Source: Bdellovibrionales bacterium
GTDB taxonomy: Bacteria; Bdellovibrionota; Bdellovibrionia; Bdellovibrionales; UBA1609
Reading direction: 5' to 3'
DNA: 64,000 bases
Assembly: GCA_965261545.1 (NCBI GenBank)
Contig: CBDHDF010000007.1
Span: 352,001 to 416,000, forward strand
Shown: positions 1-10,230 of the stretch, one piece after another
Layout: each line of letters opens with the position of its first letter
Numbering within the stretch: position 1 is the stretch's first letter
Position numbers and translations under genes: made by a program
The notes under the pieces: generated by a model
The model's input: the letters and a program-made list of their open reading frames with translations, nothing else
Told to the model about the DNA's origin: nothing
Database searches by the model: none

Positions 1-2851
1 GCTTTAGAAAAAAGGGATGGGAGCCTCTTCCCTCAAAAATGTCTAAAAGAGGGGTGTTATACTCTAGGTTGAGGTTGACGATTTTTCTCCCAAAAAAATT
101 TCCAGATGGGTAGCCTCGGACGAGAAAAGAGGAGTTGATAAGAGTCGCTAAAGTGTTGCCCACCGTTCGGTCTCCGATGGTAAAGTTGGTGAGTTGAGGA
201 GCAAAAGCTACCTGTGAACGCAAAATTAGATCTTGACTGTCGGGAAGAAAGTGGGAGCCATAGTAAATGAAAGAGGCCGCTGTACGTCCATAGGATCTTT
301 CATTCAACCCCTTGGTTTTGTAGTGGCTATAGGAAAAGGATCCGCTGTAGCTACCTGGAGAGGGTTTGTTCCTGCCAAGTTCAAATAGATTGGAGTAATG
401 AAGTCCCACAGAGCCGCCAATTCTTTCAATGGCAGGTGTGGAAGGTTGATCTGTTTTTATCAACTCTCCTGCAAGTAGGGTCTGCCAACGGTGACTGAGC
501 CCAGGGATATAAAAATCTTTATAAATGCGTCCATACTTATGGGTCAGTGGGTTTTCTCCGCTGATTGAAAAAGGCTCATTTTGAATGAGATAGGAGATAC
601 CTGTTCGGGAATCTCCTGTGGAATAGAAATAGTTGAATCCCCCTCCCACCTTTTGGGTTACGGTGTCTGAAGCTAAGCTTAAGGTATAATTATGTCGTTG
701 CAATGGATCGGCAGCAGACGTGATACCCTGGAATAAGAAACCATCTTCAATGGGGTACAGCATGGGCAGCCAGTATCGTGGTAAAAGGTAGGTGAAGGGG
801 CGGTATTTATGGGGAGGCAGGGATTCTTGGGATGCCTTTGCGCTTATAGGTGCCTCATCTGTGGTCTTTTCTGTAGAGGGCGCTCTAGATGTTTTTTTTT
901 CCTTTGAGGGCTTATTGTTAGGGGGGCGGGGCTGCACACTCTCCGAAGGTTGGGCCAGCACACTCCCATAGGGTGGGGTGAGCATATTTTCGATAGCAGG
1001 AGGTTTTGTTTCTTGCAGGCTGGATTGAATAAAAATCCGAGGTCCCCAAGGGGTGAGCTTGGTGAAGTAAACTTGTTGGCCCGTGGGATCAATATCTCCG
1101 TTGATGATTTCTGTTGTGGTATTGGTGATGGGGTAGGCATGGCTTAAATGGGAAGGGGATGGCGCAGATGGCGTAGGTGTGGGTGGTGGCGCAGCAGGTG
1201 GGGTGGCGGCGGACCCCGTGGTTGGCGGCGGGGGTGCTAGGTATAAATTGCTGACCCCTGAACGTCTTGAGGAAAATAAAATTCCCTTGGAGGTTTTGCG
1301 AGGGTGTCCCACCGATGAAAAGTCTTGAAGAACCCCATGTTTTTTGTATGTATTTAAATTGTAAACATAAAATTTTTCAGATCCAGAGAGATTTCTTTCT
1401 ACAAAAAGAATTTCAGTGTCGCTTACAAATTCAGGTCTCGACAGGCGAATTTGAAGTTTTGGTTCGTAGAGTTTGAGGGAAGTGCGATCTGTGAGGTTGA
1501 GGAGGTAAAGAGCTGTTCCCCCTGGTCTTAGTTTAATGTAAGCCACTTTTTTTCCATCTGAAGAAACGCTGGGCTCACGGGCCCTTTCCCCAAAGGTCAA
1601 TTGAGAGCTTCTTTGGTCTTTCAGATCATATTTGTACAAGTCGTAAAATCTAGAGTGACGGTCAAAGATGTCTAATTTGTCATAAATAAAAGATTGTCCA
1701 TCGGGAACCCAACTGATCTTCAAAAAATCCGCTCCCTGAAGAGTGTCTACGGAGCGTCCTTGTTTGTCGAGAATCACCAATTCTGATCCCCGGTACCGGT
1801 GAGAATTCATTATGGTGAGATGTTCTCCCGTGGGGCTAAATGCAGGGCTGTGTTGGGTGTCACCGTCAAACAAAAAAGGGTGGTTTTTTACAATACCTTG
1901 AGATTGAATTTTTAAAATTTGTTCTTGGGCCTTAAGGCGGACTTCATCGTAGGAACTTTTTAAAAGCTGATCGTAGCTTTTTCCCAGGAGCCTTTTGGGG
2001 GAAGGGTTGAGTAGGTAGGGAACCCGACGACTATGGGAATGAAGAAGTTGCTCCACGACATCAACATCTTTTTGGTGGATGAGGTATCTCCAAAGCACAG
2101 ACCCCATGAGGTATCTGCGCCTTCCATAGGGCCAAGTGGGAATGTTCTCATTGATACGAGCGAGACCTTCAGTTTGGAGGCGATTTCCTTCAACAAGGGC
2201 TCGTAGGGCCGCAGAAACTTCGGGCGATCGAAGGCGACCATGTTTGGTCCAGCGAGTTTCCATTTCAACAGCTAAGCCTTCGTGAAACCAGCCAGGGAGT
2301 AGGTTATTGGGGTTGACAATGCTGCCAAAAATAGCCCTGAGAGGCACATAAAAACCATGGGCCATCTCCAAAGCCAAAATATGGCTGAATTCATGAATCA
2401 TTAAGGTCAAGCCCCAGTTATCGTAGTGACTTGTTGAGGACATGCTTTCGGGCAGGGTGGGATAGACAACGATTTTTGGGTAGGGAGTCGTTGTGGCGTA
2501 GCCGTTGGCTGTATCACTGAAGTTATCGATCACCACAACTGTTTTTGGTGGTGCCTCCTTAAACAAGGGAACAAGAAGGTCGTAGGACATCTCGGCATAG
2601 TGAGCATATTTTGAGCCTAGTTCATCTTGTCCTTCGGGGTATACAATTTCAAAGTGAGGAGTGTGGTAACTCACCCATTTTCCCTTGGGGGAAAGTGAAA
2701 AAGCTTTGGGAGAGAGGGTGAGAGTTATGGCCCCAATGAGGGCGCTCATCAAAGCAAAACTCTTAAAATAGGGGAAAGCCCAGTTCCAAAAACTGTGAAG
2801 ATAGACTTCCAAAAAAGTCCAAAGGGAGAGGGGTGTCATAACTATTATCAT
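1..2851 (-). CDS. Large secreted/outer-membrane-associated protein (TolB/PD40-like propeller region, HExxH motif, possible BamA/TamA-like C-terminus); 3' end outside window
   Basis: Not in the ORF track, presumably because it runs off the window. I translated the start and end by eye: ATG at 2851 (alternative 2839), hydrophobic N-terminus, LMIHEFSHILA near 2376-2405, Pro/Ser-rich linker near 1130-1240, frame still open at position 2. Not every codon was checked. Confidence 0.65.
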   Translation of the reverse strand, partial: MIIVMTPLSLWTFLEVYLHSFWNWAFPYFKSFALMSALIGAITLTLSPKAFSLSPKGKWVSYHTPHFEIVYPEGQDELGSKYAHYAEMSYDLLVPLFKEAPPKTVVVIDNFSDTANGYATTTPYPKIVVYPTLPESMSSTSHYDNWGLTLMIHEFSHILALEMAHGFYVPLRAIFGSIVNPNNLLPGWFHEGLAVEMETRWTKHGRLRSPEVSAALRALVEGNRLQTEGLARINENIPTWPYGRRRYLMGSVLWRYLIHQKDVDVVEQLLHSHSRRVPYLLNPSPKRLLGKSYDQLLKSSYDEVRLKAQEQILKIQSQGIVKNHPFLFDGDTQHSPAFSPTGEHLTIMNSHRYRGSELVILDKQGRSVDTLQGADFLKISWVPDGQSFIYDKLDIFDRHSRFYDLYKYDLKDQRSSQLTFGERAREPSVSSDGKKVAYIKLRPGGTALYLLNLTDRTSLKLYEPKLQIRLSRPEFVSDTEILFVERNLSGSEKFYVYNLNTYKKHGVLQDFSSVGHPRKTSKGILFSSRRSGVSNLYLAPPPPTTGSAATPPAAPPPTPTPSAPSPSHLSHAYPITNTTTEIINGDIDPTGQQVYFTKLTPWGPRIFIQSSLQETKPPAIENMLTPPYGSVLAQPSESVQPRPPNNKPSKEKKTSRAPSTEKTTDEAPISAKASQESLPPHKYRPFTYLLPRYWLPMLYPIEDGFLFQGITSAADPLQRHNYTLSLASDTVTQKVGGGFNYFYSTGDSRTGISYLIQNEPFSISGENPLTHKYGRIYKDFYIPGLSHRWQTLLAGELIKTDQPSTPAIERIGGSVGLHYSNLFELGRNKPSPGSYSGSFSYSHYKTKGLNERSYGRTAASFIYYGSHFLPDSQDLILRSQVAFAPQLTNFTIGDRTVGNTLATLINSSFLVRGYPSGNFFGRKIVNLNLEYNTPLLDIFEGRGSHPFFLK

Positions 2852-3107
2852 GAATTATATCCGCGGGAATGGCTAGGCGTGTTTATTGTTTTGGCTAAAC
2901 GCATCGAATCTGGCGAAGGCAGAATTAAAGTCTAGAATGGATTAAAATGACCTTCGAATTTATCATGGGTAACACCAAGAATTATTATTTGTAGAAAACT
3001 TGTCTTTTTTTAAGGTGACTGCTACATGTGGCTGTATAGAAATGATGAAGTTTTAATTTTCACATGATTTCTCAAAATTTCAAATAATTTCTCAAAAAGG
3101 GGGCCTT

Positions 3108-6100
3108 ATGTCACAACGAAGTACTTTTACGACGATTCTGATGGTTACGAGAGTTCATATTATTTTGAACATCCTTTTAAGCATGGCCTTGGTCCAGTTT
3201 GTCTGGGCTTCTGAGCTTCCGGATCACTTGGACCACCAAAAGCATGAACAGATTTATAAAGAGGCAAAAAATGTCTCCGATCGTGAAAGACTTTTAGCGG
3301 AACAAATCCAAAGTGAGTGGCAGGCTCATGTGAGAGAAAAAGACAGGGTGGAGGGTTTGATTTCTTCCCATGGGGAAACCATTTCCAATCATCAAAGAGG
3401 CATAGAGCAGTTTAAAAATAAGAACCTTTATTTACAAAGCGAAATTGAAAAACTTCGCTCTGAGATCCCCTCCCTAGAGGCCACTTACAAGAGCAACCAA
3501 AGTCGTATGGGGGCCCTTGAATCTGAGCGCACCCTTGTTGTCAGTGAGGGCAAAAAATTACAGTCTCGCCTCCAGGAGGTGACTGGGGAACTCAATCAGC
3601 AAGAGAGACAAGTTCGTTCCATAGAAAGGGAGCGAGAGAATATGGCTCAGCACTTAGGCTCTATCAATCAAAGTATTGACTACATAGAAAGTGATACGAG
3701 TCAAAAAAGCCGCGAGCGGAGCAACAATGAGATTCGTATTTTTAGAATTCAATCCTATGACATACCTCAGGCTCGAAGGGAAAAGCAGGCGGCGAGGCAA
3801 CGGCATAGAAGACAAAAGGAAACAGTGGCAAATCTTGAGGGCACTAGGAAGGAGGTTTCTCGTCAGGTGCTTCGTTTAGAAGAGGATTTTCAAAGGGCTG
3901 AGCAAAAGGTTCAAAGGGAGAGGCGAGCGGTGGCTCCTGTTCGACGCGCTCTTAAGCAGGCGAGAAAAGAGGCGCGGGAATCAGGCAATCAGTTCAAGAG
4001 AGCGCAGGTTCAATACGCCAAGTTGGAGAGTGAAGTGGAGGGCTTTCGACAGCGGCACAACGGTATGCATCAGCAAATGCAAACAAAAAATCAAAATAAA
4101 AAGCAACTTGAGGGCCGAGTCCAAAATGTCACAAGTCGTATAAGAAAGCGTCGACAGGCCGTCAAAACTTTGACGCATCAGCATGAATCTAAGAAGGAAC
4201 AAATAAATAACCTTAAGTCCAATACAAGTATGGATCCAAAGCAGAAAAGAAAGAAGCTTGAACAGCTTCAAGGCGAGGCTCGTCGGATAAAAAAGGATTT
4301 AAAGCTTAAGAAGAGCCAATTGCAAAAGGCCAGGCTCCAGAGGAAGAAAATTAATGGCAAAATAAGTAAGCTGGCTGTGGAAATTCAAGGGCTAAGAGAA
4401 AGTCTAAAAGATATTGAATCTCAAATACAGGGGAAAGAAAGGGAAAAGCAGCAAGTGGCCCTTGTGGTTCAGAAAAAACAAGCAGCCTGGAATGTGGCCA
4501 AGCAAAATGAGGCTCAAGCCAAGCGTCGATGGGATCGAAATTCTGAGGCTCTTAAGCTGGCAAAAACTGAGAAAGAGACTGTTCGTGCCAATTTTGATTC
4601 TGTGAAAAGTCGTTTTACAGCTTTGGAGCGAGAATATAAGCAAGCCTCTAAAGACTTGAGTCGTGCCCGGAGGAGATTGGAGAGGGCAAGAACCCAATTT
4701 GTTGAACTTGAAAATGAGGTGTCCAACCTTATAAGAAGAAACCAAGACTTGAATCGACGATTGGTGAAACTTGAAGGAGAGCTTCGCCGTGCTAAGGAGA
4801 ACTTTCGATATGCCCAGCAGCAGCTTCAAGAAGTGGAGAGTCGTTTTTTAGAGGCTCGTCGCATAGAAGAAGGCATAAGACTTCGAAAAAATGAGATTGA
4901 GCAGAAGGTGGCTAATAATTCTGCTAAAGAAGGTTTTTTAACCAGTGAAATAGATCGTTTTTCCCAGGAAAATTTAGAGCTAAAAAACAAAGTCGCCAAG
5001 CATCGATCCACCATTGTGAGCCATCGAGATAGTATGGGCCGTAATAGGGTCGAAGTTGAAAGACTTACAGGGGAAATTTCTAGCTTGGAGGCTTCTGTAA
5101 GCAACTTGAAAGAGCAAGTTGTCGATCTTGATGGTAAAATCTCTTTTTCTCAGGCCCAGTTTGAAGGGCAAGATAAAGTCGCTCAAAGAGCTGAATCTAT
5201 CACTGTTGAAAAACTGGCTCGGTATAAGGACGTGAAGGGGGCCTTTGATGCTATTTTGCATGATGCCCAGGCCCAGGGCCGTCTTCAGGGTCGTAAGCAA
5301 GGGCCACAGAATGGATATCAACAGGGATTTCAGGACGGTGCTATCGCTGGCGAAAAGCAGGGTCATATCATTGGAACCGGTGAGGGGCTTATTTTTGGAT
5401 ACAATGAAGGGCACAAAGATGGGGCTGTAAAGGGAGAGAGGGATGGCTACAAGCGTGGTTTTGAAACTCCTTCCCATCATGAAGCTGGCGTGGAAGCAGG
5501 GCGAACTCAAGGGTTGGCCGACGCCCAGGTCGAGGCTCAAAAGACAAACTACCCTGAGGGGCGTCGCTATCAACGATCTCAGCGGATGATGCAATTACCT
5601 AAAGAGGAAATCACTTTGGATAATAGCCCCGCCCAAGTTCAAGGTGATCTTAGGGGTGATTTCCAGGGCCTTACAAACCTATTCCCCATGGGGGCTGGTC
5701 GTAATGTGAACAGGGTCCACGGAGTTCGCAGAGGGGAATTTTCTGTAGGGGAATTCTCTTCATCTGAATGGGAAACGAGGGTGTCACAGCTCCATCCACT
5801 CTTATCATCAGAAGAAGGCGAGAATGAAAGCTGCGTGGCCATTCCCGGCGTGATTGTTCCAAAGTTTGAGGTGCCGCCTAACAGTGTTCGCTGTGAGTTC
5901 CAATACAGTGTTTTTAACAATACATGCAAGGCTTCTTTTGGGGAGTTCTATCAATCCACCTATATGAACAGCTATCAAGGGGCTCACTCTAAATCCATGG
6001 TCGCAAGCTGTGAAGAATCCAGAGAGACAGCCTTTGAAGAAAATAAAACGCTTCGGTACCAAGAGGGTTACAACGAAGCCTATCCCGTGGCCTTTGCCAA

Positions 6101-6989
6101 AGGTGAAACCATGGGAGCTAAAGATGCCCACAAAGAAGGTTTTGTATTGGGTAAGAAGCAGGGTTTTGAGCAAAATATTGAGGAACAACGAAAGGTTTTT
6201 TTCCAAAAGGGTCAGGATGATGAAAATAAGTATTTTGATTATAATGCCGTGGTTCAAATGCAATCAGCTTCTGTGAGAAAGATAAGTTTAGAAAATCCCC
6301 ATATCATTGTTGCCGGCGATGAACTCATGTTGGATATAAAAATGGCTAATTTTGGTTTGGGTTCCACCAACCATGGAGATGTCAAAGCTCGGGTCGAAGC
6401 CTTGACACCAAGTTTTCTTGTGCCTTCTCAGGGGTGGATCGATCTTGTGAGTTTATCAGGGGATGCTTTGATTCATGTACTGAATGCACTTAAAGTACAG
6501 GTTCGTTCCGATGTGGCAAAGAACCATGTAGCTCAGCTTAAAGTCACTTTAAGGAACAGTGAGGGTGACTTCAACTATTTCATTTTGGATATTCCCATTC
6601 GAGCTCAAATTCGTGTCAATGTGAAAAATAAAGATTCTTGGTCCCTTCGGCCTGAAATTGGAAGGAGAGTGCGTTTAAAAATTAAAGTCACCAACATAAG
6701 TGATATCAGTGGCATCAGTCATCTGCAACTTTCTTGGTCGGTGAAGGATAAGAAAAAGGCTTCGTGGATTCGTTTTCGAAAGCCTAGCCCTATCCAGATA
6801 TCAGCTTCCATGGAACATCCTTTTCGTCCCAATGAGTCAAGGTTTGTTAAAATCTACTATACCGTTAGGAGCCATATGGCTGGGGGGCAAAAAATTCCCA
6901 TGAATTTTCAAGTGACCAGTGGTGGTCTTCTTTTAGGAAAAACCACGGTCATTTTGCGTCCCAATACTCCCGGTAATAATGGGCCTTAG
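3108..6989 (+). CDS. Secreted very long coiled-coil protein with GxxxG repeats and C-terminal beta-rich (Ig-like) domains
   Basis: 1293-aa ORF. Signal-peptide-like N-terminus, about 700 aa of Q/E/K/R-rich heptads, then a GxxxG run (GRLQGRKQG...GYQQGFQDG) and a beta-rich C-terminus. Confidence 0.8.
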   Translation: MSQRSTFTTILMVTRVHIILNILLSMALVQFVWASELPDHLDHQKHEQIYKEAKNVSDRERLLAEQIQSEWQAHVREKDRVEGLISSHGETISNHQRGIEQFKNKNLYLQSEIEKLRSEIPSLEATYKSNQSRMGALESERTLVVSEGKKLQSRLQEVTGELNQQERQVRSIERERENMAQHLGSINQSIDYIESDTSQKSRERSNNEIRIFRIQSYDIPQARREKQAARQRHRRQKETVANLEGTRKEVSRQVLRLEEDFQRAEQKVQRERRAVAPVRRALKQARKEARESGNQFKRAQVQYAKLESEVEGFRQRHNGMHQQMQTKNQNKKQLEGRVQNVTSRIRKRRQAVKTLTHQHESKKEQINNLKSNTSMDPKQKRKKLEQLQGEARRIKKDLKLKKSQLQKARLQRKKINGKISKLAVEIQGLRESLKDIESQIQGKEREKQQVALVVQKKQAAWNVAKQNEAQAKRRWDRNSEALKLAKTEKETVRANFDSVKSRFTALEREYKQASKDLSRARRRLERARTQFVELENEVSNLIRRNQDLNRRLVKLEGELRRAKENFRYAQQQLQEVESRFLEARRIEEGIRLRKNEIEQKVANNSAKEGFLTSEIDRFSQENLELKNKVAKHRSTIVSHRDSMGRNRVEVERLTGEISSLEASVSNLKEQVVDLDGKISFSQAQFEGQDKVAQRAESITVEKLARYKDVKGAFDAILHDAQAQGRLQGRKQGPQNGYQQGFQDGAIAGEKQGHIIGTGEGLIFGYNEGHKDGAVKGERDGYKRGFETPSHHEAGVEAGRTQGLADAQVEAQKTNYPEGRRYQRSQRMMQLPKEEITLDNSPAQVQGDLRGDFQGLTNLFPMGAGRNVNRVHGVRRGEFSVGEFSSSEWETRVSQLHPLLSSEEGENESCVAIPGVIVPKFEVPPNSVRCEFQYSVFNNTCKASFGEFYQSTYMNSYQGAHSKSMVASCEESRETAFEENKTLRYQEGYNEAYPVAFAKGETMGAKDAHKEGFVLGKKQGFEQNIEEQRKVFFQKGQDDENKYFDYNAVVQMQSASVRKISLENPHIIVAGDELMLDIKMANFGLGSTNHGDVKARVEALTPSFLVPSQGWIDLVSLSGDALIHVLNALKVQVRSDVAKNHVAQLKVTLRNSEGDFNYFILDIPIRAQIRVNVKNKDSWSLRPEIGRRVRLKIKVTNISDISGISHLQLSWSVKDKKKASWIRFRKPSPIQISASMEHPFRPNESRFVKIYYTVRSHMAGGQKIPMNFQVTSGGLLLGKTTVILRPNTPGNNGP

Positions 6990-7101
6990 GAAAGAGGGAG
7001 ATGCTTAGGAAAGAGAAGGGGGAGAGTGATGTTTAGCCTTTTTTGTGGAACCGAAATTAAAAGGTCACCCTATCATTATTTTGAAAGTTGGTGGGGGTGG
7101 A

Positions 7102-9009
7102 TTAGCATGATGGACCTTTTGACCAGTTACAGTTCAGCAAGATATAGCTTGAGTATTCATAGAATTTAAGGAGGTTTTCATTGAGTTCAATGGTGTCAAT
7201 GACGCTACTTTTGGTCATTCTCAGAGCCTTATTATAGGGGAGCAAAACCACGCGCTGAATATTGTCTTGGTTGTGAAGCAGAGAAGATCCGAGCCATTTA
7301 AAGTCACTCCATGGTACCGGTCTATGTGCATACACGGCTTTATTATGAGCTTTATGCCGAGATCCATGAAACCCAGACCCATTGTAGGAAACTATTTTTT
7401 TGTTCACATCTAAAAGACTTAAAACTGTGGGGGCGAGATCTAAGTGAGACCCCAAAGTTTCACTGATATAAGGCTTTATGAGATTTTGAGAGTACATGAT
7501 GAGGGGAATGCACTCACCAGAACAATTTTGATTGATTTCCATGCCAGATTCATGGTCTCCAAAAATAAAGAAAATTGTATTTTCAGCTAAATAGGTCGAT
7601 TGAATTTCTTGAAAAAACGTTCTTAAAGCGTCGTCGACTTCACTCATAGTTACAAGGTACTTTTTTTGAAGCGTTTCTAAATTTGTATTTGAGAAATCAA
7701 ATTTCTCCCAACTCTTTGGATAGAAGTTTTTAAAGGGGCCATGGGACTGCATGGTGATAAGATAAGTAAAGAGTGGAGAGGGAGTCGTGGAGTTCATTTC
7801 TTGAGGCAAATCTCTAATTTTCTTAATCGTTTGCACAAAAAAGGCTTTATCTTTGGATTTCCATCCAGAGGCATTGCCCTTATAGTCTTTAGCATCCCAA
7901 AAATTAGTCAGACCAATTTTCTGATAATTGTTTTTGCGGTTAAAGAAAGTTCCAAAATTCGCATGGGCCGCAACGGTTTGGTAACCACGGTCTTGCAGAA
8001 TTTTAATAAGATTTTCTTTTTTAATGTAGTCAGATTTGGCATGGCTGATTCCCGGCACACCTTCTTGAGGTATTAAACTTAAAAATGTGGCAAGCTCAGC
8101 GTCACTGGATCCACCGCCTCCATGTTGGGCATAAAAGTTCTTAAAATAGATGGACTTATCCCTAAGACCCCTGAGAAAGGGCATGATCTCCACGCCATTC
8201 ACTTTATAGTCGATGACGTCACGATCTAAGGATTCCACTTGAATCATGATAAGGTGGGGTCTGGAGGGAAGATTGTGAAAAGCTTTAGAAACCATAGAGG
8301 TTTTTGAGAAGTTTCCCTGGCCCTGCTGATTCACGGGTCCCGGGTACTTAAAATTTGAGGAGTTTGATAACTTATGGTGACGGAACATGGTATAAGTAAA
8401 GTAATATTGCTTAAAATAAGTGGAGATAAGCCCCCTTCGAGTGACATGTTGAGCAGCATCATAGATTCGCGTCTTTTGAGGTTCACCATGGTCCGCAATA
8501 AAAATATCCTTTAAAGGGTATAAGTTCCAAATCAATATGAGGATGACAAAAACTTTGGCCTTTCGTGTCCAAGTTGACTCTATGTTTTTTATGAGAGGTA
8601 TGGAAAGAACTAGGAGAACTGTGAGCAAGAAAACAACGAGCCACTCCTTAAAGCCCATAAATTGGATGACAATATGGTCAATAACATGGGCACCTTCATG
8701 AAAATTTTCGATAAGTCCCAAAGGGGGGAGGACTCCCTTGTATCCATTGTGAATAAGTATGGCAATGGCTAAAAAATGAAAAGTCAGTAAGAAAATTGAA
8801 GAGGCGATCCATGCCATCCTCCGTGTTTTGCAAAAACACCATAGAGTGCAAAGATAAAGGGCACCAGGAAAGAGGGAGTAGGGGATGTAGAACTTAATAA
8901 AATGTATATTTTTGAGAATGATGTTGGGATCTGAAGTGAAGGGAAAATAAAGATCTGTTGTGAAGAGAAGGTGAACGCCCGCAAGCATCAAGATAGCTAA
9001 ATAGATCAT
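7102..9009 (-). CDS. LTA synthase family / sulfatase-like membrane phosphotransferase
   Basis: 635 aa with N-terminal TM helices; motifs IMIQVESL, GGSSDAE, TMQSHGPF, FGDH, SHLDLAPTVL. Confidence 0.85.
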   Translation of the reverse strand: MIYLAILMLAGVHLLFTTDLYFPFTSDPNIILKNIHFIKFYIPYSLFPGALYLCTLWCFCKTRRMAWIASSIFLLTFHFLAIAILIHNGYKGVLPPLGLIENFHEGAHVIDHIVIQFMGFKEWLVVFLLTVLLVLSIPLIKNIESTWTRKAKVFVILILIWNLYPLKDIFIADHGEPQKTRIYDAAQHVTRRGLISTYFKQYYFTYTMFRHHKLSNSSNFKYPGPVNQQGQGNFSKTSMVSKAFHNLPSRPHLIMIQVESLDRDVIDYKVNGVEIMPFLRGLRDKSIYFKNFYAQHGGGGSSDAELATFLSLIPQEGVPGISHAKSDYIKKENLIKILQDRGYQTVAAHANFGTFFNRKNNYQKIGLTNFWDAKDYKGNASGWKSKDKAFFVQTIKKIRDLPQEMNSTTPSPLFTYLITMQSHGPFKNFYPKSWEKFDFSNTNLETLQKKYLVTMSEVDDALRTFFQEIQSTYLAENTIFFIFGDHESGMEINQNCSGECIPLIMYSQNLIKPYISETLGSHLDLAPTVLSLLDVNKKIVSYNGSGFHGSRHKAHNKAVYAHRPVPWSDFKWLGSSLLHNQDNIQRVVLLPYNKALRMTKSSVIDTIELNENLLKFYEYSSYILLNCNWSKGPSC

Positions 9010-9127
9010 TAGGGGTTACTTATATGCGTGAGGTTGAGTAAGTCAATGCCTTATAATGCTCTGCACACCTAACAGGGCGCGTGTTTTCAGAGGGGGGGGC
9101 TTCTTCGAGTTGAAAAAAATGGACGCA

Positions 9128-10105
9128 TCATTTTTTTTTTGAAGTTGATTTTTTTGATGTTGGCTTGGCTTTTGGGGGGTGGGAGCCTTGGGGTTGGGGG
9201 GAATTTATTTCAGGCAAAGGCTTTCTTTTTCTCATAAATCTGATAATTCCCACCACACTGAAAGTCATGAGAAGCACGGAGATGATTTCAGCTTGAGTGA
9301 CTTGTATGAAGCTGAAATCATATCGTACATTGACTCTAATTTGCTCAATAAGAAGTCTCTCAAAGCCCAGAAAAAAGAGGCCAAGACTGAATAGCCACCC
9401 AGGCTGGAACTTATGCCTACGGATGAACCAGAAAAATAAGAAGAGAACGACGCCGGCAAGAGCCTCGTAGAGAGGGGTCGGGTAAACAGGAGCTTCCAGT
9501 TGAACACCTATGACGTTGTTTGTGTAAGGGTGGGCCCAAAGCCCTTCGGGCCACCATTGTGGTTTGAGGTCGAGGTTGGCAACAATTCCCCAATCACCGT
9601 CTCCTGAGAGGTGGCAGCCCATGCGTCCCACAGCGTAGCCGATAAAAAGGACGGGTGTGACAGCATCGCAGAGAACCTTGGCAGGATGTCCACGTTTTTT
9701 TACAAACCAAATGGCTACAGTAAAGCCAAACAAAAGGCCACCAAAAATGGTCCAACCACCCCGTGAGAAGAACATTTCAAAGGGGGATTGGAGAAATTCA
9801 CGAGGGTACTCGAGCAAATAAAAAATTTTAGCTCCCAGCATCGCAAAGAAAATGGAGACTATGCAGAGATTTTGTGCAAACTCACTGGGGGAGCATGGAA
9901 GTTGTATGACCTTAGAATTTTGGAGGCGTTTCAATTCGAGGCTAAAAATGTAAATTCCCAAGATAAAGCTAAGGGCGACACATAGTCCGAATGTGGGAAT
10001 GTATTGAGTGAAAGGAAATTCGATGCCTGTAAGTGCGTATAAGATATCTTTTAAGAAAGGAAAGGACATAGAGTTCATTTTATGACAAGTAAAAAAATGA
10101 CTCAA
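9128..10105 (-). CDS. lgt: Prolipoprotein diacylglyceryl transferase
   Basis: Motifs GRMGCHLSGDGDWG, YPTPLYE, ERLLIEQIR; multiple TM helices. The true start may be a few codons downstream. Confidence 0.9.
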   Translation of the reverse strand: MSHFFTCHKMNSMSFPFLKDILYALTGIEFPFTQYIPTFGLCVALSFILGIYIFSLELKRLQNSKVIQLPCSPSEFAQNLCIVSIFFAMLGAKIFYLLEYPREFLQSPFEMFFSRGGWTIFGGLLFGFTVAIWFVKKRGHPAKVLCDAVTPVLFIGYAVGRMGCHLSGDGDWGIVANLDLKPQWWPEGLWAHPYTNNVIGVQLEAPVYPTPLYEALAGVVLFLFFWFIRRHKFQPGWLFSLGLFFLGFERLLIEQIRVNVRYDFSFIQVTQAEIISVLLMTFSVVGIIRFMRKRKPLPEINSPQPQGSHPPKAKPTSKKSTSKKK

Positions 10106-10230
10106 CGAATAACTACCTGAGTTATTTGTAACTGCTTAACTAGTCGCTGTCGCGAAATTAAAAAGGGCCGTTTATGTGCCCTCATTTGGACTTGGGCTCT
10201 GAAGTAGCCTCTTTTTAACTTTCCCTTGTT

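Noticed and set aside
844..2268. Short ORFs listed within 1-2851, within the coiled-coil gene and within mutL
   Set aside because: Alternate-frame or antisense shadows of longer genes, short enough to arise by chance.
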